This document shows, piece by piece, positions 56,497 through 64,000 of a stretch of 64,000 nucleotides of DNA (position 1 is the stretch's first letter; every line of letters begins with the position of its first letter). The notes beneath the pieces were generated by a model, which saw only the letters and a program-made list of their open reading frames with translations, did no database searches and had not been told where the DNA came from. The DNA is from Desulfatiglandales bacterium (GTDB taxonomy: Bacteria > Desulfobacterota > DSM-4660 > Desulfatiglandales > Desulfatiglandaceae). A program made the translations under genes and the position numbers. The stretch lies in assembly GCA_963662465.1 (NCBI GenBank), contig OY759599.1, forward strand, positions 5,440,001 through 5,504,000, in the 5' to 3' direction.

Positions 56497-58974
56497 ATGC
56501 CCAAAAAGACTTCTTATGCGGAAGTACCCCTTGATAAACTCCGATGGAGACTTGATCCCGCCACCCTGCCCTTTGAAAGTACCGATGATCTGGAACCGCT
56601 CAATGAAATCGTGGGTCAAAAACGGGCCATTGAAGCTTTCAAATTCGGAATGGGCATCGACAGTCAGGGTTACAATGTGTTTGTCACCGGCATGCCCGGC
56701 ACCGGAAGGATGTCCACGGTTAAGAAGATGCTGGAAGAGATCTCCAAAAAAGAGGGCGTTCCGGATGATCTCTGCTACATCAACAATTTTAAAAATCCCG
56801 AGGCCCCCATATTGCTTCGCCTCAAGGGCGGCGAGGGGGCTGCCTTTAAAAAAGAGTTTCATGACTTTGTGGAATTGCTCAAAAAGCAGATCCCCATGCT
56901 CTTTGAAAGTCAGGAATACATCAACACGAAAAAAGATCTGATGGCAGCCTATGAGGCCAAGGGAAAAGGCTTTTTCAAAAGCCTGGATGAAAAGGTCAAG
57001 GAAGAGGGCTTTGCACTGGTAGATGTTCAAGTTGGCCAGATCAAACGGCCCGAGGTCATGCCCATGGTGGACGGAAACCCCATACACATTGACCAGGTTG
57101 AGGCCATGGTGGAAAAGGGCCGTTTTCCCAGGGATGAATTCGAAACCATGAAGGAAAAGCACACCCAGCTTCGCGAAAGGGTTGAACAGATTTTTATTGG
57201 ATTGCGGGATTTGCAAAAAGAGGTGCAGGAAAAAATCGAAGAAATGGACCGGCAGGCCTTTCTCCACAATGCGTCGGATATGGCAAAACCCCTCCTTGAA
57301 AAGTATAACAGCGGAAAAATCAAAACTTATCTGAAAAGCATGCTGGAAGACATGGCGGACAACCTGCAGATTTTCAATCCGCAACAACAGCCTCAAATTC
57401 CGGGTTTAATGGCCCCGATGCCTTCCGATGGAGATCGTTTTCAACCCTATCAGGTCAATCTGCTGGTGGACAACAGCGAACAGAATGCGCCGCCCGTCAT
57501 TGTTGAGAGCTATCCCACCTACCGCAACATTTTCGGCAGCATCGAACGGATTGTGGATCGGGCCGGCGTCTGGCGTACGGATTTCAGCAAGGTGAAAGCG
57601 GGCTCTCTTCTCAAAGCCCTGGGCGGCTACCTGATCATCAATCTTCTGGATGCCGTCCAGGAACCGGGTGTGTGGCAGGCCCTCAAACGGGCACTCAAAA
57701 GCGAACAGCTTGAAATTCAGACCTACGACCCCTTTTATTTGTTTACCACCAGCGGCCTGAAACCGGAACCCATCGATCTGGATGTCAAGGTTGTGGTCAT
57801 CGGAGACGCCTACCTCTATCACCTGCTGCTCAATTATGACCCTGACATGAAAAAAGTATTTAAGGTGAAAGCCGATTTTGACACCGCCATGGACAAAACC
57901 GAGAAGAGCATCCATCAGATTGCCCGGTTTATCAAGATGAAAACCATGGAGGAGAAGCTTAAACCCTTTGACCGAACGGCGGTGGCGCTCCTGATGGAGC
58001 AGGCCGTTCGCATGACGGGACGGCAGGAGAAAATTTCAACCCGTTTTCCCCAATTAACCGACCTTGTGCGTGAAGCCAATTATGTGGCGTCAGAAGAAAA
58101 CAAGAAAACCGTTGATGCAAGCCATGTGTTAAAGGTACTCGAAAGCCGAAAATTCAGATCCGGCATGGTGGAGGAACACCTTCAGGAGATGATGGACCGC
58201 GGTACCCTCATGATTGATCTTGAAGGCGAAGTGGTGGGTCAGGTGAACGGGCTGGCGGTCTATGCCATGGGCGATTACATGTTCGGCAAACCGAGTCGCA
58301 TTACCTGTTCAACCGCCATGGGTCGTGCCGGCATCATCAACATTGAACGGGAAGCGGACCTGTCGGGCAGCACCCATAACAAGGGGGTGCTGATTCTGGG
58401 AGGATATTTGCGAAAAAAATATGCCCAGAACAAACCCCTGACCATGAGCGCCAGCATCGCATTTGAACAGTCCTATGGCGGCGTGGACGGCGATAGCGCC
58501 TCTTCCACGGAAATCTACGCACTCCTCTCCAGCCTTTCCCAGGTTCCCATCAAACAGTCCATCGGGGTGACGGGTTCGGTAAACCAGAACGGCGAGGTCC
58601 AGGCCATTGGGGGGGTCAATGAAAAAATTGAAGGATTTTTTGACTGCTGCCAAAAAAAGGGGGCCATGGATTCCCAGGGCGTGATGATTCCCGAGAGCAA
58701 TGTGAAGGATCTGATGCTCCGACAAGACGTGGTGGAGGCGGTTGAAAAAGGCCGATTCCATATATATCCGGTGAAAACCATCGATCAGGGCATTGAAATC
58801 CTGACTGGGAAAAAGGGTGGAAAAAGAAAAGCGGACGGATCCTATCCCAAAGGCTCTATCAGTCAACTGGTGGACGATAAACTGAATGAACTGGCAGAGG
58901 GATTGAAGAATTTTGCGGGAGACAAGGAAGAAGGCAAAAAGGAAGAAAGCAAAGGATGCAAGCAGTGTTCGTGA
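56497..58974 (+). CDS. Lon-like protease (LonC/AAA_32 type, S16)
   Basis: 'VGQKRA', 'VGQVNGLAV', catalytic 'DGDSAS' and 'GGVNEKIEGFF'. Confidence 0.9.
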   Translation: MPKKTSYAEVPLDKLRWRLDPATLPFESTDDLEPLNEIVGQKRAIEAFKFGMGIDSQGYNVFVTGMPGTGRMSTVKKMLEEISKKEGVPDDLCYINNFKNPEAPILLRLKGGEGAAFKKEFHDFVELLKKQIPMLFESQEYINTKKDLMAAYEAKGKGFFKSLDEKVKEEGFALVDVQVGQIKRPEVMPMVDGNPIHIDQVEAMVEKGRFPRDEFETMKEKHTQLRERVEQIFIGLRDLQKEVQEKIEEMDRQAFLHNASDMAKPLLEKYNSGKIKTYLKSMLEDMADNLQIFNPQQQPQIPGLMAPMPSDGDRFQPYQVNLLVDNSEQNAPPVIVESYPTYRNIFGSIERIVDRAGVWRTDFSKVKAGSLLKALGGYLIINLLDAVQEPGVWQALKRALKSEQLEIQTYDPFYLFTTSGLKPEPIDLDVKVVVIGDAYLYHLLLNYDPDMKKVFKVKADFDTAMDKTEKSIHQIARFIKMKTMEEKLKPFDRTAVALLMEQAVRMTGRQEKISTRFPQLTDLVREANYVASEENKKTVDASHVLKVLESRKFRSGMVEEHLQEMMDRGTLMIDLEGEVVGQVNGLAVYAMGDYMFGKPSRITCSTAMGRAGIINIEREADLSGSTHNKGVLILGGYLRKKYAQNKPLTMSASIAFEQSYGGVDGDSASSTEIYALLSSLSQVPIKQSIGVTGSVNQNGEVQAIGGVNEKIEGFFDCCQKKGAMDSQGVMIPESNVKDLMLRQDVVEAVEKGRFHIYPVKTIDQGIEILTGKKGGKRKADGSYPKGSISQLVDDKLNELAEGLKNFAGDKEEGKKEESKGCKQCS

Positions 58975-58998
58975 GAAGTGAAAAGTGAAGAGTGAAGA

Positions 58999-59730
58999 GT
59001 GGAAAAAGAAGACTGGCAGAATCGGGGCAAAGGTCACCGGGAGCGGTTGCGACAGCGGTTTGTAACGGGCGGACTTGAGAAATTTACCGATGAGGAGGTG
59101 GTGGAGTTTCTCCTGACCCTGGGAACCCCCAGGGGAGACCTGAAAAATGCCGCACGGGAAGCGATTAAAGCATTTGGATCTCTCTCCGGCGTTTTATCGG
59201 CGCCCATGAAAAAACTCCTGGAGATCAAGGGCATCGGCCAAAAAAACGCCCTTTATCTAGGGTTGGTTCATCAAACGGCCAAACGATATCTTCGGGATCG
59301 AATTGTCGGGAAAACCTTTTTCGGCTCATCCCAGGCGGTATTCGATTATCTTTTTCATTCCTTGCGGGATCTGAAAAGAGAGGTTTTCAAGGTTTTTTTT
59401 CTGACCCGAAAAAACGAAGTTATCACGGATTGCGATATGTTTGAGGGGAGTTTGACGGGGAGTGCGGTATATCCTCGTGAGATCATTACCCTCGCGTTGG
59501 AATATAAGGCGGCGGGGCTTGTGTTTGTTCATAACCACCCATCCGGGGATCCTGCGCCGTCTCCCGAGGACCAACGCCTGACAAAAGACCTGGTATGGGC
59601 CGCCATGTTAATGGGGATACAGGTGCTGGATCACCTGATCATTGGAAATAACCAGTATTTCAGTTTTGCGGACCAAGGCATCATCAAGCGTTTTGCCGAT
59701 GCATATCACCATCGGTTCGATACGACGTAA
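58999..59730 (+). CDS. radC: RadC/JAB-domain protein
   Basis: 'GHRERLR', HhH 'IKGIG', 'VYPREI', 'HNHPSGDPAPS..D', 'LDHLII'. Confidence 0.93.
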   Translation: MEKEDWQNRGKGHRERLRQRFVTGGLEKFTDEEVVEFLLTLGTPRGDLKNAAREAIKAFGSLSGVLSAPMKKLLEIKGIGQKNALYLGLVHQTAKRYLRDRIVGKTFFGSSQAVFDYLFHSLRDLKREVFKVFFLTRKNEVITDCDMFEGSLTGSAVYPREIITLALEYKAAGLVFVHNHPSGDPAPSPEDQRLTKDLVWAAMLMGIQVLDHLIIGNNQYFSFADQGIIKRFADAYHHRFDTT

Positions 59731-59783
59731 ATCCTTGACAATTCCGTATATTTGTGAATTATAGCAATAAATGAATGGAAAAT

Positions 59784-59868
59784 GCGAGAGTGGCGGAACT
59801 GGTAGACGCGCTGGATTTAGGATCCAGTGGGGTGACCTGTAGGGGTTCGAGTCCCCTCTCTCGCACCA
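59784..59868 (+). tRNA. tRNA-Leu(TAG)
   Basis: GCGAGAG-TGGCGGAACTGGTAGACGC, CTGGA-TTTAGGA-TCCAG, GGTTCGAGTCC, CCA end. Confidence 0.96.
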
Positions 59869-60057
59869 TCACCAAAGCGCCGAGCGCTATGACCTGAAAC
59901 AGGACCGAACGTTAAATGTGCCTTGAAATCAAAAAAATCATTGTTAAATTTTCACCTCACGTTGGATGGGTCTTCCAGGTTGTAATAAAAAATCAGGTAA
60001 ATATGCACCCATAGTTTGTCGTGGGATTTCAAAAAGCGAAACAGGAAGAGGAGAACC

Positions 60058-61392
60058 ATGAAAGCCAGCTTGGAAGACATCAGCCAGGTCAAAAAAAAGT
60101 TGTCCGTAGAAATTGATGCAAAAGAAGTGAACCAAAAGCTCAACAGCGCCTACGGAAAGATACGGAAACAGACCAAAATTCCCGGCTTCAGGCCTGGAAA
60201 GGTTCCCAGAAAAATTCTGGAATCCTATTTTGGGAAACAGGTGGAGATTGATGTGGCCAGTGAGCTGGTCAATGAGTCTTTTCCACAGGCCGTAGAAGAA
60301 ACCAAAGCGTTTCCGCTGGGCCAGCCTGAATTGGAGAAGGGACCCGTTAAACAGGACGAAGATTTCATTTACTCGGCAATCATGGAGGTTCGTCCTCAGT
60401 TTGAAGTGAAAGACTACCTGGGTCTCGAAGTTGAAAAGGAAAAGGTGTCCATTGGCGACGATGACGTTCGGAAAAGGCTTGAACAGATCCGGGAAAACCA
60501 TGGGAAGCTTGAGCCCATAACAGAGTCTCGCGCCATAAAGGAAGGGGACTTTGTTGTTGTTGATTATCAGGGATTTGAAAACGACCAGCCCCTGGAAGGA
60601 ATCAAAAGTGAGAATTTTCTCTTGAATGTGGGGAAAAACGATTTTCATGCCAAGTTTGACGAAGCGCTGGTGGGGCTCCATAAGGATGACAAAAAAGAGA
60701 TTGTCATTGATTTCGAGGAAGATTATTTTAATGCCAACCTGAAAGGAAAATCCGTTCGTTTCGAAGTTTCCATTGGCGACGTCAAGGAACGGAACCTTCC
60801 GGAATTAAACGATGAATTTGCTCAAAGCCTCGGCGCCGATTTTACGGATTTAAAAGGCCTTACCGAACAACTCGAAAAGAACCTGGTCAGCCAGGAAGAA
60901 AATCGCGTCGAACAGGAATTGAAGCGGAAATTGCTTGAGAAAATATCTAAAGGGACTGCGTTTGAAGTGCCGCGGGTTTTGGTTGATGCCGAGGTCGATT
61001 TTTCACTCAAGAGCCTTCAGGCAAATTTTGAAAGAAGCGGCGCCAGTTTTGAAAAAGCGGGACTGATGCCGGAAGCCCTGAAACAGCAGTTTCGACCTTC
61101 CTCCGAAAACCGCGTCAGGGAAAGGCTCATCCTGGGACGGATTGCCGAACAGGACAATATTGCCATCAACGATGATGAATTTACGGAAGGCCTTGAAAAA
61201 TTGGCGCAGGGAATGGGGCAAGATGTCGAAACCATTAGGAAATATTACGAAGCACGGGGTGAGACGGATATCTTGAAGGAGCAGATGCTTGAGGAGAAAA
61301 CCTTGAATTACCTGGTGGAAAGCGCCAGCATTACGCAGGTGGAAGCCGGGATGCTGAATCCGGATAAAACCCCTGAAACGGAGGTTCAATAG
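60058..61392 (+). CDS. tig: Trigger factor
   Basis: 'IPGFRPGKVP', FKBP domain 'GDFVVVDY', 'LPELNDEFA'. Confidence 0.96.
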   Translation: MKASLEDISQVKKKLSVEIDAKEVNQKLNSAYGKIRKQTKIPGFRPGKVPRKILESYFGKQVEIDVASELVNESFPQAVEETKAFPLGQPELEKGPVKQDEDFIYSAIMEVRPQFEVKDYLGLEVEKEKVSIGDDDVRKRLEQIRENHGKLEPITESRAIKEGDFVVVDYQGFENDQPLEGIKSENFLLNVGKNDFHAKFDEALVGLHKDDKKEIVIDFEEDYFNANLKGKSVRFEVSIGDVKERNLPELNDEFAQSLGADFTDLKGLTEQLEKNLVSQEENRVEQELKRKLLEKISKGTAFEVPRVLVDAEVDFSLKSLQANFERSGASFEKAGLMPEALKQQFRPSSENRVRERLILGRIAEQDNIAINDDEFTEGLEKLAQGMGQDVETIRKYYEARGETDILKEQMLEEKTLNYLVESASITQVEAGMLNPDKTPETEVQ

Positions 61393-61398
61393 ACCCAC

Positions 61399-62007
61399 AT
61401 GTTAATACCCATGGTGATCGAGCAATCAAGCCGCGGCGAAAGAGCGTTTGATATTTATTCCCGATTGTTGAAAGATCGCATTATTTTTATTACGGATCAG
61501 ATAGCGGATCCAATGGCCAATACCATTATTGCACAGTTGCTTTTTCTGGAGTCGGAAGATCCGGACAAAGATATCCATATGTACATCAACTCCCCCGGCG
61601 GTTCCGTTACCGCCGGCATGGCCATCTATGACACCATGCAGTATATCAAGCCTGATGTGGCGACCATCTGTATGGGACAAACCGCCAGTATGGCGGCGCT
61701 GCTGCTGGCGGCGGGCGCCAAGGATAAGCGCTATGCCCTCCCCAATTCCAGAATCATGATTCACCAGCCGATGGGGGGCGCCCAGGGGCAGGCGACGGAT
61801 ATCGATATTCACGCCAGGGAAATCCTCAAAACCAGAGAGAGCCTCAATCGGATTCTTGCCGACCATACGGGCACGGACATCAAAAGAATCCGGAAAGATA
61901 CGGAGCGGGACTTTTTTATGGATGCCGGGCAGGCCAAAGAATATGGCATTATTGATAAAGTTATCCATAAAAGAGAAATCAAAGATCAGTTAACCGACAA
62001 ACAATAG
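61399..62007 (+). CDS. clpP: ATP-dependent Clp protease proteolytic subunit
   Basis: '[13 protein letters not shown]', 'YINSPGG', 'ASMAA', 'MIHQP'. Confidence 0.98.
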   Translation: MLIPMVIEQSSRGERAFDIYSRLLKDRIIFITDQIADPMANTIIAQLLFLESEDPDKDIHMYINSPGGSVTAGMAIYDTMQYIKPDVATICMGQTASMAALLLAAGAKDKRYALPNSRIMIHQPMGGAQGQATDIDIHAREILKTRESLNRILADHTGTDIKRIRKDTERDFFMDAGQAKEYGIIDKVIHKREIKDQLTDKQ

Positions 62008-62018
62008 GAAAGAGGGTT

Positions 62019-63266
62019 ATGGGCAAGAACGACATTACCAACGATGACTTGCTGTGTTCATTCTGTGGAAAGAGCCAGGATGAGGTGAAAAAACTCATTG
62101 CAGGCCCTTCGGTATATATTTGCGACGAATGTATCCAGCTTTGCAACGAAATTATCGCCGAAGAATATAACCAGGAGGATGAAGAAGAGGGTCCCCAGCT
62201 TTTAAAGCCCGTCGATATCAAGGAAACGCTGGACCAGTACGTCATTGAACAGGACAAAGCCAAAAAGATCCTGTCGGTCGCCGTTCACAACCACTACAAG
62301 AGAATCAACACCAAAGTGGATATGGAAGGGGTCGAGATTGAAAAGAGCAATATTCTGCTCATTGGTCCGACAGGGTCGGGGAAAACCCTTCTCGCACAGA
62401 CCCTTGCCAGGATATTGAAGGTTCCCTTTACCATAGCGGACGCCACGACCTTGACGGAGGCCGGCTATGTGGGCGAGGACGTGGAAAACATTATTTTAAA
62501 CCTGGTCCAGATGGCGGATTACGATGTGGAATCAGCGTGCAAGGGCATTGTGTATATCGATGAAATCGATAAAATCGCACGAAAGTCGGACAGTCCATCT
62601 ATTACGAGAGATGTTTCCGGTGAAGGGGTGCAGCAAGCACTGCTGAAAATCATTGAGGGCACCATGGCCAATGTTCCGCCCAAGGGGGGGAGAAAACACC
62701 CGCAGCAGGACTTTGTCAAGGTAGACACCAGCAATATTTTGTTTATCTGCGGCGGCACCTTTAACGGCATGGACAGGATCATTCGGAACCGCATCGGCAG
62801 CAAATTAATGGGATTCGAGGCGGACATCAAGGGGAAGGGCGATGTGGATATCAATGAAATTATGGGCCTCGTTCAGCCGGAAGATTTGATCAAGTTTGGT
62901 CTGATCCCTGAATTTATCGGTCGGATACCCATTGTGACCACCTTATCCGAACTTAGTCTGGATGCCCTTGTCCGTATCCTTACGGAACCCAAAAACGCTC
63001 TAATCAAACAGTATAAAAAACTGTTTGAGCTGGAAGACGTGGAGCTGAAATTTACGGAAGGCGTTCTGACGGCCGTGGCCGAAGCGGCGCTCAAACGAAA
63101 ATCGGGGGCCAGAGGCCTGCGAGCGGTTCTTGAATCCCTGATGTTGGAAATTATGTATGATATTCCTTCGATTCCGGAAATTCAGGAGTGTATCATCAAT
63201 GAAGATGTCATCACCAAAGGTGCTCCTCCTTTGCTAGTTTATGAAAACCAAGCCAAATTTGGATAA
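62019..63266 (+). CDS. clpX: ATP-dependent Clp protease ATP-binding subunit
   Basis: 'CSFCGK...CDEC', 'GPTGSGKT', 'GYVGEDVE', 'RKHP'. Confidence 0.98.
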   Translation: MGKNDITNDDLLCSFCGKSQDEVKKLIAGPSVYICDECIQLCNEIIAEEYNQEDEEEGPQLLKPVDIKETLDQYVIEQDKAKKILSVAVHNHYKRINTKVDMEGVEIEKSNILLIGPTGSGKTLLAQTLARILKVPFTIADATTLTEAGYVGEDVENIILNLVQMADYDVESACKGIVYIDEIDKIARKSDSPSITRDVSGEGVQQALLKIIEGTMANVPPKGGRKHPQQDFVKVDTSNILFICGGTFNGMDRIIRNRIGSKLMGFEADIKGKGDVDINEIMGLVQPEDLIKFGLIPEFIGRIPIVTTLSELSLDALVRILTEPKNALIKQYKKLFELEDVELKFTEGVLTAVAEAALKRKSGARGLRAVLESLMLEIMYDIPSIPEIQECIINEDVITKGAPPLLVYENQAKFG

Positions 63267-63270
63267 AAAA

Positions 63271-64000
63271 ATGCTAAATGCCATAAAGAAAGATATTCGA
63301 GATAGAATTGCCGTTGATGAGAAGTTTTACTACCCGCTTCTTCCCTTAAGGGATGTGGTGGTTTTTCCCAATGTGGTTGTGCCCCTGTTTGTGGGACGTG
63401 AAAAGTCCATCAGAGCGCTTGAATATGCGCTTTCCCATGAAAAAGAGGTCTTTTTATCGGCCCAGGCGGATGCCAACGTGGACGACCCGACGCCAAGGGA
63501 TATCTATTCTTTTGGGACGCTGGGTACGGTCCTTCAACTGCTCAAACTGCCTGACGGTACCGTCAAAGCCCTTATTGAAGGGAAAGAGCGGGGCAAAATA
63601 GACAACTTCATGGACAAACAGGGTTTTTTCATGGTTGAGGTCAGCAAAGTCGAGTCGGTTGTTGTCTCCAACATGGAAACGGAAGCCCTGGTGCGCACCA
63701 TCAGTAGCAGCTTTGATGAATATGCAAAACTGAATACGAAAATCGGCAAGGAAATTGTTTCAGCCGTGATTGCGATTGAAGATCCCGGGCGTCTGGCTGA
63801 TACCATTGCCGGTCATTTAGCATTGAAAGTTGCGGAAAAACAGGGAATTCTGGAAACCATCGACCCCAACAAAAGGCTTGAAAGGCTTTATGGCGAATTA
63901 GAAAATGAGGTGGACATCCTTCGCCTGGAACAACGGTTGCGGTCACGGGTCAAAAAGCAGATGGAGAAGACCCAAAAAGATTATTATCTGAACGAACAGA
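63271..64000 (+). CDS. lon: Endopeptidase La (LonA), 5' part; runs off window
   Basis: Reads MLNAIKK...YPLLPLRDVVVFPNVVVPLFVGREKS...KLPDGTVK...VKKQMEKTQKDYYLNEQ; follows clpX. Confidence 0.93.
   Translation, partial: MLNAIKKDIRDRIAVDEKFYYPLLPLRDVVVFPNVVVPLFVGREKSIRALEYALSHEKEVFLSAQADANVDDPTPRDIYSFGTLGTVLQLLKLPDGTVKALIEGKERGKIDNFMDKQGFFMVEVSKVESVVVSNMETEALVRTISSSFDEYAKLNTKIGKEIVSAVIAIEDPGRLADTIAGHLALKVAEKQGILETIDPNKRLERLYGELENEVDILRLEQRLRSRVKKQMEKTQKDYYLNEQ

Overview
Bacterial chromosome segment. Gene content suggests an anaerobic Desulfobacterota-type (deltaproteobacterial) organism; this is inference. Left to right: a MITE-like remnant and a RES-Xre toxin-antitoxin pair; a minus-strand Wsp-like chemosensory operon (three MCPs interleaved with two orphan solute-binding proteins, CheW, CheR-TPR, but no kinase or regulator); a PilZ protein; an ~11 kb operon joining a four-subunit 2-oxoacid:ferredoxin oxidoreductase to three heterodisulfide-reductase-like proteins, including an HdrA-MvhD fusion with an in-frame UGA and a SECIS-like hairpin (selenoprotein); ampG; an accessory stretch (secreted S74-chaperone repeat protein, truncated RAYT transposase, a 155-bp MITE with an 8-bp target duplication carrying a REP doublet, MFS, GNAT, atypical dihydropyrimidine-dehydrogenase-like flavoprotein); an AT-rich islet with a triplicated promoter/leader, an IPTL-CTERM surface protein and a tRNA-Glu 3' fragment (att-like); then mostly core genes: metF-metV fusion, deacetylase, MMPL-methyltransferase, glcD-like, recR-ybaB-dnaX, two tRNA-Ser, tadA, glmU-like/glmM, pgk, formyltransferase, hsp20, LonC-type protease, radC, tRNA-Leu and tig-clpP-clpX-lon (lon runs off the window). 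All family calls come from recognised motifs, not database searches.
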